Counted from the stretch's first letter, positions 9,074-21,040 are shown. The stretch is 63,482 nucleotides of DNA from Actinomycetes bacterium (GCA_023336815.1 JAMBLJ010000218.1:1-63482); one strand, 5' to 3'. Notes: generated by a model from the letters alone, not told the origin. Made by a program: numbers and translations.

Positions 9074-9846
9074 CCTTGTCCATCCATTCCAACCATCGTA
9101 CGGAATCGTTCCTCGGCTGCGCCCTCATCGTATGCGATCGATATTGCGGAGTTCATCTCTCGTTGCTCAACCTTGACGATGCCCCACCTGGCAAGTTCGA
9201 GCAACGCGAGGAAGTAAGCAACGACCTCGACATCGCGGGTGCAGTGGGCGACAATATCATCGAAGTCTGACGTGACCGTCGCAGCCATCCGACCCTGAAG
9301 GTCGACCATGGCGTCCTGAACCGATGGAAGATCCAAGTCAAGATGGTCGACGTCGGGTTCGGCGTACTGTGTGCTGAACACCCGCTCGGCGATCGCTGCA
9401 AGGCCCTTCACATCCACAGGCACAACCACGTCCGGTACGGGTGCAACGACATGGTCCGGCAGGCCAACGCGTCGCGGCACGAAGCGTGTAGCAGCATCCA
9501 TCCGGTGTCTCAAGACGGCGGCCACATCTTTGAAGGTGAGACACGCCAGAAGCCTTGCGAGAAGTCGATCGCGTTCCTCCGACAGGAGAAGCTCGTCATC
9601 GAGATCGATGGGTTCATCCTCAGGGAGGAGATGGCGGGCTTTGATCTGGATAAGTGTTGCCGCGATGAGAAGAAACTCGCTGGTTCCCTCGATATCGAGT
9701 TCAGTCATGTCATCGATGAACTGGATGTACTCGTTGACTATCCCAACGAGGCTGAGTTCTGTGATCTCAACCTGGTGAGATGTGATGAGCTGGAGGAGGA
9801 GATCGAGAGGGCCCTCGAACACACGTGTCCGTACTTCAAACGTCAT
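9070..9846 (-). CDS. scpA: Segregation and condensation protein A (kleisin)
   Basis: FEGPLDLLLQLI, SEFLLIAATLIQIKARHLLP, FLALLEL. Confidence 0.95.
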   Translation of the reverse strand: MTFEVRTRVFEGPLDLLLQLITSHQVEITELSLVGIVNEYIQFIDDMTELDIEGTSEFLLIAATLIQIKARHLLPEDEPIDLDDELLLSEERDRLLARLLACLTFKDVAAVLRHRMDAATRFVPRRVGLPDHVVAPVPDVVVPVDVKGLAAIAERVFSTQYAEPDVDHLDLDLPSVQDAMVDLQGRMAATVTSDFDDIVAHCTRDVEVVAYFLALLELARWGIVKVEQREMNSAISIAYDEGAAEERFRTMVGMDGQG

Positions 9847-9911
9847 GGCGACCCATGCTATTGCGATTCGGTACGGTGTTGGAGGCTTTCATACGATCCA
9901 GCGCTCATTAC

Positions 9912-10385
9912 CTATGCGTCGTCTGCCGTGGCGAGCATGCGCCAGGCATCCGGATCGATGCCCTCCGGCACCGGTCCTGGGTGATCACGGGTAAAGGCGA
10001 CAGCGAGTTCATCTGCCCCGTTCGCCTCGAGAAGAGAGGCACCGATCGGTCCGTGTTCCGCATAGGTTCTCCACTGTCCCCATATCGGGAGCGATGAGGC
10101 CGACCATATCGTGGCAAGGCTTCGGCCGATCGCCCCGAGATCACATGCTGACTTTCCGACGTCGTGCAGGAGCGCAGCCTGAAGGAGCGTGGGGTCGTAC
10201 TTGATACGGGATGCGACCTCGTGACCATGACGCTGGTCCTCATGACGCTGGCCGAAGAACAAGCGGGCCAGCTTCCCATGCAGCGCATCGTTGATCTGTT
10301 CTTGTTGCGCTGGTGTGAGTGGCCTTGCCGTCACGAAGCCAGCGAAACGACGCGAAAGGTGCCAGGTTTCGCGAAACAGCGTCAC
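9912..10385 (-). CDS. HD-domain protein of unknown function
   Basis: DQRHG...AALLHDVGKS...HGPIGA...HP, the HD metal-binding pattern. GTGA overlap with the upstream gene. Confidence 0.8.
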   Translation of the reverse strand: MTLFRETWHLSRRFAGFVTARPLTPAQQEQINDALHGKLARLFFGQRHEDQRHGHEVASRIKYDPTLLQAALLHDVGKSACDLGAIGRSLATIWSASSLPIWGQWRTYAEHGPIGASLLEANGADELAVAFTRDHPGPVPEGIDPDAWRMLATADDA

Positions 10386-10807
10386 TCGCTCGCTGCCGAC
10401 TTACACGAGACACACTTGACAGAGGTTGGCCGATAGTCGAGCCTGTCGGTCTCGATGTCCTTGCCGCAGGCAGAACATACTCCGAACGTTCCCCCCTCGA
10501 GCTTCATGATCGCTGCATCGATCTCAGACAGTCGTCGCGTGAGCGACTCAACTATCCCGATCGTCTCCGTCCGTTCAGCCGTTGCTGCACCGGCATCGGC
10601 GAACGCATCGCCGAAATCGACCTCACCGGTGAGTTCGCCAGCATCGTTCGCCCCGAGTTCGTGGAGCTGGTGCAGCACGGTTACGCGCTCTTGGTCGAGC
10701 TTGGCCGCGACGTGGTCGCGATCGAATTGTGGCATGTGAATCTCCGGGCTCCGTCTAGCAACGCGTTGTACAACAGGATAGTCGCGGGTTCGATCTGTAG
10801 TGGTCAT
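10382..10807 (-). CDS. TraR/DksA C4-type zinc finger protein
   Basis: Coiled coil followed by GTFGVCSACGKDIETDRLDYRPTSVKCVSC. ATGA overlap with xerD. Confidence 0.9.
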   Translation of the reverse strand: MTTTDRTRDYPVVQRVARRSPEIHMPQFDRDHVAAKLDQERVTVLHQLHELGANDAGELTGEVDFGDAFADAGAATAERTETIGIVESLTRRLSEIDAAIMKLEGGTFGVCSACGKDIETDRLDYRPTSVKCVSCKSAASE

Positions 10808-11706
10808 GCTCCCCGCGGATGGCTGGTGAGTACGATCTCCCTCAGGTGTTCGGGACTTACCCGTGTATAGATCTGTGTCGTCGACAGGCTGGCATGACCC
10901 AGCATCTCCTGGACGCTGCGCAGGTCAGCGCCTCCCTCCACCATGTGTGTGGCTGCGGAATGTCTGAGCACGTGGGGAGACAAGCTCACCGCTGGGATGC
11001 CAGCGGCCACACCATACTTCTTGACGATCCGCCAGATCGTTTGTCTGCTCATCCGGTTCCCGCGGATGGTCACGAACAGGGCGCCGGAGTCCGTTCCGAC
11101 GTTGCGTAGCACGAGCCGATCGGGCAACCAGTCAACGATGGACGCTGAGGCGAACGATCCGATGGGGACGATCCGATCCTTGTTCCCCTTCCCTGTCACA
11201 AACGCTGTGGACGTTTCGAAGTCGACATCATGTTGGTCGAGGTTGACGAGCTCGGTAACACGGCAGCCTGTCGCATACAGGGTTTCCAGGATGGCTCTGT
11301 CCCTCCGTCCCATGACGGTCGTGGTATCCGGTTGTTCGACCAGCTTCGACGCCTCGTCGATAGTCAGTGCCTTGGGCAGAGCCTGCGGGCGTCTTGGCGC
11401 ATCGACACCGGCTGTTGGATCGGTAGTGGAAAATCCTTCGACAAGGAGGAATCGGTGGTAGCTCCTTATCGAGGCGAACTTTCGAGCGATCGATGTCTCG
11501 GCGAGTCCAGCGCTACGGAGCGTCGCGAGGTGATCGCGTACCGTGTCTTGCGACACCTCACCATTACATCGAAGAATGGTCTCCACGTACTGGCGCAGAT
11601 CACGAGTGTATGCCGTGGCAGTGTGCACGGAGAGGCCACGTTCCGCCTGGAGCGAGGTGACGAACTCGTATCCGTGTTCAGGAAGACCGGGTTTGGTTGA
11701 TGGCAT
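10804..11706 (-). CDS. xerD: Chromosomal tyrosine recombinase XerD
   Basis: RDRAILETLYATGCRVTEL, GKGNKDRIVP, SPHVLRHSAATHMVEGGADLRSVQEMLGHASLSTTQIYT. Position after pyrG-NUDIX is the usual actinobacterial context. Confidence 0.93.
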   Translation of the reverse strand: MPSTKPGLPEHGYEFVTSLQAERGLSVHTATAYTRDLRQYVETILRCNGEVSQDTVRDHLATLRSAGLAETSIARKFASIRSYHRFLLVEGFSTTDPTAGVDAPRRPQALPKALTIDEASKLVEQPDTTTVMGRRDRAILETLYATGCRVTELVNLDQHDVDFETSTAFVTGKGNKDRIVPIGSFASASIVDWLPDRLVLRNVGTDSGALFVTIRGNRMSRQTIWRIVKKYGVAAGIPAVSLSPHVLRHSAATHMVEGGADLRSVQEMLGHASLSTTQIYTRVSPEHLREIVLTSHPRGA

Positions 11707-11709
11707 CTG

Positions 11710-13952
<2,243 letters not shown>

Positions 13953-15569
13953 CTACCCATGAGTCCTCCCCATGCTGTCGGCCATGGCGAGCAGCTCCTC
14001 CGCATGTTCTTTGCCCTTTTCGGAAGTGGCGATACCGGCAAGCATGCGAGTGATCTCTTCGATTCGCGAGTCCCCCGCCACGGCATCGATCGATGTGACC
14101 GGCCCCTCTCGCTCAACGCGATAGTGGATGTCCCCGAACGCGGCAACTTGCGGGAGGTGGGTAACACAGATGACCTGGCGTGTTGCTGCGAGACGCTTCA
14201 GCTTCTCACCCATGGCAAGCGCCGTTGATCCGCCGATGCCAGCATCGATCTCGTCGAACGCAACGATGTCAGCGTCAGCGATACCCGCAGCGAGCGTGAT
14301 GGCAAGAACGAGTCGGGATAGTTCCCCACCAGATGCAACGGAGGAGACTGGCCCCGGTGTGAGGGACGCATCGGAGGCGAACAGAATGCGGAAATGTTCG
14401 CCGCCAGTTGCTGTCGGTTCCCTTTCTGAGACGTCAATCTGTACAACGGGATCGGTGAATCCCAGGTCTTTCAGATGCTCGATCGCTTTGCGTGAAATGG
14501 TGTTCGCATGTTCGCGCCGGGCGTTCGTGAGCTTCCCCGAAGAGTCCGCGAGTACGCCGGCCGCCTCGGTGTGTCGTGCACCGATATTGGATGCTGAGGA
14601 GATGTGCTGTTCGATCTCGTGTACCCGTCTTTCGGCGGTCTTTGCGAAACCTTCGATGTCAGACACAGAGTCTCCGTATTTTCGTTTGAGACCGTTGAGT
14701 ACCGACAGACGGACTTCGGCGGTCTCGAGAGCGTGCGGGTCGGTGTCGAGATCATCCGCGTAGCGCGTAAGTTCTCCAGCAGCCTCATCCAGGATCGAGG
14801 TCGCACGGCGCAGGTATTCTGCGATACCTTCGAGGTTGTTGTCGATACGCCCCCCACGCTCGAGAGCCGAAAGCGCATCACCGAGCGTCCCCCGTGCACC
14901 CTCGTCGCCCAGAGATGTGAATGCCTGCGCGAGCTCCGACGAAAGTTCCTCTGTGTTCCGGAGCCGACCAAGAACGTTGCGCAGTATCTCCTCGTCGCCT
15001 GTTGAGAACCCGGCCTCTTCGATTTCGGTGATCTGGAATAGCAACATATCCCGCTCGCGTTCGAGTCCGCGCTGATCTGACCCAAGGGCATCCATTTCAT
15101 CTTCGATCGCGCGGAGATCGCGATACGCCACTGTGAACGTGGCCCTGGTCGCGACCTGCGTTTCCGTCAGAAGCCCATCGACGACCGTTCTGATCTTGTC
15201 GCTCGACGTGAGGGCATGCTGATCGTGTTGTGACACGATCGTCACGAGCGGGCCGATTCGCGTGGCAAGTTCACCTGCGGAGATCGGCGTGCCACCGAGG
15301 TACGCCCGCGATCGTGTTCGGCTGACCGTCCTCCGGATGACCAACTCGTCGTCGTCAGTCGTGACGAGGCGGGCAGTGACCTCACCTTCGTCATTGTGGG
15401 GTCCGATCACGTCTTTGGAAGCGTTGTCGCCTCGAATCAATCTGAGCGCACCAAGCATGAGCGTCTTGCCGGTTCCCGTCTCGCCGGTGATCACCGTGAG
15501 ACCGGGAGATGGGCGTACCGCCGCGTCGCCGATGAGGCCGATATTGCGGGCGTGGATCTCGTCAAGCAT
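13953..15569 (-). CDS. recN: DNA repair protein RecN
   Basis: ITGETGTGKT Walker A, coiled coil, VASGGELSR signature, FDEIDAGIGG, CVTHLPQVAA. Confidence 0.95.
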   Translation of the reverse strand: MLDEIHARNIGLIGDAAVRPSPGLTVITGETGTGKTLMLGALRLIRGDNASKDVIGPHNDEGEVTARLVTTDDDELVIRRTVSRTRSRAYLGGTPISAGELATRIGPLVTIVSQHDQHALTSSDKIRTVVDGLLTETQVATRATFTVAYRDLRAIEDEMDALGSDQRGLERERDMLLFQITEIEEAGFSTGDEEILRNVLGRLRNTEELSSELAQAFTSLGDEGARGTLGDALSALERGGRIDNNLEGIAEYLRRATSILDEAAGELTRYADDLDTDPHALETAEVRLSVLNGLKRKYGDSVSDIEGFAKTAERRVHEIEQHISSASNIGARHTEAAGVLADSSGKLTNARREHANTISRKAIEHLKDLGFTDPVVQIDVSEREPTATGGEHFRILFASDASLTPGPVSSVASGGELSRLVLAITLAAGIADADIVAFDEIDAGIGGSTALAMGEKLKRLAATRQVICVTHLPQVAAFGDIHYRVEREGPVTSIDAVAGDSRIEEITRMLAGIATSEKGKEHAEELLAMADSMGRTHG

Positions 15570-16344
15570 GGTCGAGACCGAACTGATCCCTCACGGCTTC
15601 CGGGAACGGGTGACGCCCAAGGCTGAGGAACCCGATCGTTGCTGGCCCACGGTGAATACGTACCTCGGCGCCGGGCTGGACGATGCACAGCTCGCGACCA
15701 TCGACGTTGATTCTGGCCGGACGGCTGACCTGCACCGACAGTGTCACGACGGCATCCGGCGCAAGGACGATCGGCCTCGTGAGCAGACTGTGCGGCGCAA
15801 CCGGTGTCAGGATCAGGGCGTCGAGCGATGGATCGACAACCGGTCCGCCCGCAGACAGCGAATAGGCTGTAGACCCGAGTGGGGTGGCAACGATCATTCC
15901 GTCGGTCCGATACGAAGCGAGGTCCTTGTTGTTGACACGGACGGCAACCTCGATGATCCGCTGGCTGATGACCTTCTCGAGGACGACGTCATTGATGGCG
16001 AGTCCTGTATGCCCTGCTGAATCCACGGCGAGCGTGTTGTGTTGCTCGATCGAGAACCTATCGGCAGCGATCGCCGCGGCGAGATCATCGATCTCGCCTT
16101 CTTCGAACTCAGCGAGGTAACCCACTCGTCCGACGTTGACTCCACAGACAGGGATGTGCAGATCAAGCGCCGTTGCTGCCGCGGCTAGAACGGTACCGTC
16201 GCCTCCGATCGCGACCACGACATCCGGATCGGCCGTGGTTTCGCCGGCAGCGATCCCTGCACGGCCGAGCGCCGCGATGAGTCTGCTGGCTATCGCCTCG
16301 GCTTGAGGTTTGTCGTTCCTCACAACGATACGTACACGATTCAC
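15562..16344 (-). CDS. nadK: NAD kinase
   Basis: IGGDGTVL, GVNVGRVGYL, AINDVV, DGMIVATPLGSTAYSLSAGGP, DG. Confidence 0.95.
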   Translation of the reverse strand: MNRVRIVVRNDKPQAEAIASRLIAALGRAGIAAGETTADPDVVVAIGGDGTVLAAAATALDLHIPVCGVNVGRVGYLAEFEEGEIDDLAAAIAADRFSIEQHNTLAVDSAGHTGLAINDVVLEKVISQRIIEVAVRVNNKDLASYRTDGMIVATPLGSTAYSLSAGGPVVDPSLDALILTPVAPHSLLTRPIVLAPDAVVTLSVQVSRPARINVDGRELCIVQPGAEVRIHRGPATIGFLSLGRHPFPEAVRDQFGLDHA

Positions 16345-17129
16345 GTGTCGATTCCTTCGATCAATGACTGGATCTGTCCGTCGTCAACGGTACTCGAAGC
16401 ACGGCTGAACCACGCGATGTACTCGATGTTGCCAGCCGCACCCCTAATCGGTGAAACGATGAGTCCCTGACAACCAAGACCACGTTGTGCGTAGCACCCG
16501 ATCACATCGACAACGACATCGTATCGGACGCCGCTGTCACGAACGATGCCACCCTTTCCAACACGATGCCTTCCTGCCTCGAACTGCGGCTTGATGAGCA
16601 GCAACCAGTCGGCATTCTCTTCTCCCATGGCATCGAGCGCTGAAGCGACAGTCCTGAGGGAGATAAACGATAGATCGGCTACGACCACTTCGAAGGGGCC
16701 ACCGACGAAATCGGGTTCAGCATCACGAATATTCAGCCGTTCGATGACAGCAACCCGTTCGTCGCTGCGGATCTTCCAGTGGAGTTGCCCGTGCCCTACA
16801 TCGAGGGCGACAACCGACATTGCTCCTCTTTGGAGAAGGCAGTCGGTGAAACCACCGGTAGATGCTCCGACATCGAGGCATCGTTTGCTCTGCACGTCGA
16901 TCGTGAACGCATCGATGGCTGCATCGAGTTTTCTTCCTGCTCTGCTGACGAAAGGTTGGGGTGGTCGGACAAGGCGAACTGTGTCTTGGGGCGAGACCAT
17001 CGTGGATGGCTTCGGTGATGCGTTCGCCTCGACCCGAACTAGCCCTGCATCGATCGCTTGCTTCGCTTCGGTGCGGCTCGAGACAAGACGCCGTCGGACG
17101 AGTTCAGTATCGAGTCTGCGTCTGGTCAG
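16341..17129 (-). CDS. tlyA: TlyA family rRNA 2'-O-methyltransferase; probable CTG start
   Basis: S4-like RRRLDTELVRRRLVSSRTEAKQAI, FVSRAGRKL, DVGASTGGFTDCLLQRGA, DVGHGQL, DLSFISL, IKPQFEAGR, GNIEY. Confidence 0.93.
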   Translation of the reverse strand: MTRRRLDTELVRRRLVSSRTEAKQAIDAGLVRVEANASPKPSTMVSPQDTVRLVRPPQPFVSRAGRKLDAAIDAFTIDVQSKRCLDVGASTGGFTDCLLQRGAMSVVALDVGHGQLHWKIRSDERVAVIERLNIRDAEPDFVGGPFEVVVADLSFISLRTVASALDAMGEENADWLLLIKPQFEAGRHRVGKGGIVRDSGVRYDVVVDVIGCYAQRGLGCQGLIVSPIRGAAGNIEYIAWFSRASSTVDDGQIQSLIEGIDT

Positions 17130-17302
17130 GATTCGTCTCCCTCGGTCACGCGAGGAGGTGTGCCGGTTGCCGCGAGATCGTCGCTGAGATTGTCGGCGAG
17201 CTGCTCTGCGATCTCGGGGGCAGATGCCGGATCTGCTGAGGCCAGGTCTTCTGCTAGCTCGTCGTTTGTTGGGACGTGAGGATCTGTGATGTGATCTGTC
17301 AT
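17126..17302 (-). CDS. 58-aa acidic small protein between HAD-IIA and tlyA; not in ORF track
   Basis: MTDHITDPHVPTNDELAEDLASADPASAPEIAEQLADNLSDDLAATGTPPRVTEGDES*. Fills the gap exactly, and its stop overlaps the tlyA CTG (CTGA). Confidence 0.75.
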   Translation of the reverse strand: MTDHITDPHVPTNDELAEDLASADPASAPEIAEQLADNLSDDLAATGTPPRVTEGDES

Positions 17303-17323
17303 GTGACCATTATCGCGGATTCC

Positions 17324-18124
17324 TCACGGAACCTCGGCCATGAGGCCAGGAACGTCAGTGATACTCGCGCATCGATGGTCCGGCATGAACCGATCGGGAA
17401 CGGTGGAGCCAGACGCTGTGATACCCGTGTGGACGAGAATCGATCTCCAGCCGACCCTTGTGGCCATCGCGATGTCAGTTTCCGGTCGGTCTCCCACGAC
17501 CCAGGCGACCTCCCCCCGGATCCGCTGTGTGATGAGATCGATCATGGGGTCAAACGGTTTGCCGCACGCGATGGGTTCGACCCCGCTCGCTGTGGCGATC
17601 GCTGCGACGATCGATCCTGCGCCAGGCACGGGTCCCTCCATCGTGGGGAACGTCGCATCGGTGTTGGTTGCCACGAACGTCGATCCATTGCGGATCATCG
17701 TGGATGCCTTTGCCAACGTCTCGTAGTTGATGTCGCGGTCGAGCCCGACCACCACAGCGTCAGGCGTTCCAGTCGTGACGACCTTGACGCCAACCTCCAC
17801 CAGTGCCTCGCACAGGGCACGCTCGCCTACAACGAATGCTGAGCGATGACCACGTGTGGTCCATGTAGCGGCAGCCATGGCCGATGTCACGATCGCCGCG
17901 TCATGGGATCGAAAGCCCGTCCGATCCGCGATGTGATTGGCGACCGCTGCCACATCCCTCGTTGAATTGTTCGTGGCGAACACCAGGTACCAGCCATCGC
18001 GCTCGAGAGACTCCATTGCTTCGGCTGCGCCAGGAACGCCTGCTGACCCGACATAGACCACTCCGTCGAGATCGAACACGACGGTTCCCTTGTGGTCGCG
18101 TTGCAACGTACTATCCGTCCTCAT
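17324..18124 (-). CDS. HAD-IIA (NagD-like) phosphatase
   Basis: VFDLDGVVY, ATNNS, ATNTD, CGKP, VGDRPETDI. Exact start uncertain (about 18091-18124). Confidence 0.92.
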   Translation of the reverse strand: MRTDSTLQRDHKGTVVFDLDGVVYVGSAGVPGAAEAMESLERDGWYLVFATNNSTRDVAAVANHIADRTGFRSHDAAIVTSAMAAATWTTRGHRSAFVVGERALCEALVEVGVKVVTTGTPDAVVVGLDRDINYETLAKASTMIRNGSTFVATNTDATFPTMEGPVPGAGSIVAAIATASGVEPIACGKPFDPMIDLITQRIRGEVAWVVGDRPETDIAMATRVGWRSILVHTGITASGSTVPDRFMPDHRCASITDVPGLMAEVP

Positions 18125-18125
18125 C

Positions 18126-19205
18126 GTGTTGTATCCATTCCAGCCACTTGTGTTCTCGGAAGAAGCTATCGGTCGTTTCGGCGAGCCGACCCGGTTGTCT
18201 TCAGATCGCTCACCGGGTGACGGTAACCCGGTATCGGTGCGAGTTCTGCACGAGGCCGAGACGCCGGGTTCGTATCGCAGAGGTGAGAACCGCACCCGGT
18301 CGTTTCTTGACCGCGAAATCATGATTCTCCTCGATACATCGTATGCGATCTACTCGATCACCCGCCCGAACCGACCAGACATGCACGGCATCGTCGGAGT
18401 TCTCGATCTTGAACATGCAACCGTGTATCCACATGAGGACGTCATCCCATCGGCCGTTGCAACCCGCAGGGCGGACATAGAACGTGCAGGGGGTTTTCTC
18501 GAGCCGGTTATCGTCACGACGGATCTTTCCCATCTCGTCTCCATGGCAGCCGGTGACGTGTACCAACGTCGAGTTCGATATGACGATGAGGTGCATGCTC
18601 TCTCGATCATCACATCGGATCCCACGTCGCTCCCCCAAGAGGCGACGACCGATGGCCTGGTGGTCCTCGACGGTCATCACCGTATCGCAGCGGCCCGACA
18701 GCACGCCGACCTCACGTCTACGTCTCCCTGGGTCCTTGCAATGGTGGTCGATGCACGATCGCCTGGTCTGTTCGTCGAACCCCAGCATCGCGTTCTCTCG
18801 GGCCCACCGGTCGATCTGATGGCCATGCCGGGTGCCACGAACATCGCTGTGTTCAGACGAGGAGATGTTGTGCCTCCTGGCAGCGTTGCGATCATCAGCG
18901 ACACCGTCTCGGTCGTGATCAGATCGACTCGAGAGCCATCGCCAGAGGAAGGGCGGATCAGCGCTCTGACCCTCGATCGCGAGATTCTCGAACCGCTTCA
19001 GCAGCGTGTCGAGGGTTACGCCACGCGCGAGAGTGATGCGTTCGAACAGCTCGATAGCGGGGCAAATGCCGTCGCGATCATGGGTGACCTCTTGATCTCC
19101 GACGTGATGACCACCGCTCGCCGAGGTGTGATCCTCCCGGAGAAGACCACGTGTTTCAACCCGAAGGTCGCCGTGGGACTCGTCGGGAGTCTTCTCCGTG
19201 CCTAG
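18126..19205 (+). CDS. DUF1015-family protein (ParB/Srx-like fold)
   Basis: YPFQPLVF N-terminus, VYPHEDV, LDGHHRIAAA, C-terminal LPEKTTCFNPKVAVGL. Start uncertain. Confidence 0.75.
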   Translation: MLYPFQPLVFSEEAIGRFGEPTRLSSDRSPGDGNPVSVRVLHEAETPGSYRRGENRTRSFLDREIMILLDTSYAIYSITRPNRPDMHGIVGVLDLEHATVYPHEDVIPSAVATRRADIERAGGFLEPVIVTTDLSHLVSMAAGDVYQRRVRYDDEVHALSIITSDPTSLPQEATTDGLVVLDGHHRIAAARQHADLTSTSPWVLAMVVDARSPGLFVEPQHRVLSGPPVDLMAMPGATNIAVFRRGDVVPPGSVAIISDTVSVVIRSTREPSPEEGRISALTLDREILEPLQQRVEGYATRESDAFEQLDSGANAVAIMGDLLISDVMTTARRGVILPEKTTCFNPKVAVGLVGSLLRA

Positions 19206-20557
19206 GAATGAACTCGCGATGAGAACGCTTCGATAACTGACGCAAGATACGCTGTCGTCTGTTTGACGGACTCCACCGAAACGCGTTCGTTCATGCCATG
19301 GAACATGGCGAGCATCTCGGGGAATGTCACAGAATCATCGAATAGGCCAACGCCATAGGCGGGAATTCCCCTGGCGCGAAAGAACCGAGCGTCAGTTGTT
19401 ACCGGGGTGAGCGTGGGAGCGAGCAAGCGTGAACCGGTATGGATCTCGGCTGCGTCGGCCATGGCTTCCCACAGCGGACCCTCGGGTAACGTGCCATTCG
19501 CGTGCATCTCGAGGACTGGTTCGAAATCGAGGGCAGCGTATGCGTCGGGTCCGAGCACCTTTCGGAGGTGATCTGAGATGTCCGAAGCATCTTGGCCTGG
19601 CAACATCCGAACATCGATGTTCCCTGCGGACTCTGCTGGGATGACGTTCGCCTTGGTGCCCCCTGAAATCGTGTTCGGTGAGAACGTCAGATGCGTGCAA
19701 GCGTGGATCCACCGAGCGAGCGTTTGGTCGTCCTCGGCGATGAGCTCGATCGCATCATCGATGCGCTGAGCGTCGGTGAGCATGTCGCGGATCTTTTCGC
19801 TCACAGGTAGATGCGGGACGAACCGTGTCCACTCATCGGTGATCAAGGTTGGTTGCGGGGCCGTTCCGATGCGGGCGAACGCACTGGCGAGATCGATGAC
19901 GGCGTTCGAACGACCATATGGCTGTGACCCGTGACCCGCAATTCCGTGCGCTCTGACCTTTCGCCATCCTGGGCCCTTCTCGGCGACGGTGACCGGAATC
20001 GATCGCCCAAGGACGCCGTGGAGCGGGGGTCCGGCCACTTCGGTGAGGACCGCATCGCATGCGATGACGTCCCAGTGGTTCTCGACGATATGACTGGCGC
20101 CGTAGACGCTGCCTGCTTCCTCGTCGGCGACACAGGCGAGCACAAGGTCTCCGGTTGGTGCAGGCAGATCTCCGACCTGAAATGCCTTGAACACGGCGAC
20201 CATCGCCGCTGTGACGTTGAGCATGTCGACCGTTCCTCTCCCCCATACGAAACCATCTGCGATATCGGCAGCGAACGGATCGTGGACCCAACCAGCGGGG
20301 TCGGCTGGAACAACATCGAGGTGAGGGATCAGCAAGAGGCGTGGAGCCGTTGGATCGGAACCCGGAATCCGATATATCACAGATGCTCGTCCTGGGAGTG
20401 GTTCGATAACGGTTCCCTCGTCATCGAGGTACTTCTGGACGGACCGCACCGAGACGATCTCGTTACCCGAAGACGGGTCGCCGGTGTTGACACACTCGTT
20501 GCGTATGAACGTGCGAAGAAGGGTCACAGCCTCGTCGCCGTATTGCGGATCGAGCAT
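19202..20557 (-). CDS. M20/M25/M40 metallo-hydrolase
   Basis: PHLDVVP, WGRGTVDM, ADEEAG, TE, AEKG, GHGS, TDARFFR, FHGMNER. Confidence 0.92.
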   Translation of the reverse strand: MLDPQYGDEAVTLLRTFIRNECVNTGDPSSGNEIVSVRSVQKYLDDEGTVIEPLPGRASVIYRIPGSDPTAPRLLLIPHLDVVPADPAGWVHDPFAADIADGFVWGRGTVDMLNVTAAMVAVFKAFQVGDLPAPTGDLVLACVADEEAGSVYGASHIVENHWDVIACDAVLTEVAGPPLHGVLGRSIPVTVAEKGPGWRKVRAHGIAGHGSQPYGRSNAVIDLASAFARIGTAPQPTLITDEWTRFVPHLPVSEKIRDMLTDAQRIDDAIELIAEDDQTLARWIHACTHLTFSPNTISGGTKANVIPAESAGNIDVRMLPGQDASDISDHLRKVLGPDAYAALDFEPVLEMHANGTLPEGPLWEAMADAAEIHTGSRLLAPTLTPVTTDARFFRARGIPAYGVGLFDDSVTFPEMLAMFHGMNERVSVESVKQTTAYLASVIEAFSSRVHS

Positions 20558-20560
20558 CGA

Positions 20561-21040
20561 TCAGTCCTTGTTGTCGTGGTGGTGCATGATAATCGAGCGT
20601 GCCGCGAAGCCATGAGACTCGAAGAAGTTCTTTGCAGCACGCTGACCCGGTCCGACGGGCGCATCGAAATACGCCAATCCGAGATCGCGAAACGCAGCGA
20701 GCTGCGTTTCGAGCATCTGGTGGCCGACGCCCACGCCACGTGCTTCGGGATCTGTGTAGATGAGAGACATGGTCCCGATCTGCTCCCCGTCTGCCCGGCC
20801 GAGCATCGGTGAGATGGTCGAGGCAAGGAATCCGACGACAACGCTGTCGATCTCACCGACGAGCAGCCACTTGTTGTCGTGCTCGAGGAGATGGAAGAGT
20901 TCGAGTTCGAATCGTTCATCGAGTCCATCCGTCAAAGCCCAGACGGGTTTCCTAACGATCTGTTCGGACTCCATCGAACGATACAGCGTGACGAGATGCG
21001 GGATGTCATGGTTGGTAGCTGATCGTACGGAGATATGCAT
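20561..21040 (-). CDS. GNAT N-acetyltransferase
   Basis: IYTDPEARGVGVG acetyl-CoA motif, AAKNFFESHGF. Confidence 0.88.
   Translation of the reverse strand: MHISVRSATNHDIPHLVTLYRSMESEQIVRKPVWALTDGLDERFELELFHLLEHDNKWLLVGEIDSVVVGFLASTISPMLGRADGEQIGTMSLIYTDPEARGVGVGHQMLETQLAAFRDLGLAYFDAPVGPGQRAAKNFFESHGFAARSIIMHHHDNKD

Noticed and set aside
10804-11706. Tyrosine recombinase as a phage or ICE integrase
   Set aside because: XerD-type sequence in the conserved pyrG-NUDIX-xerD context; no att repeats or cargo genes.
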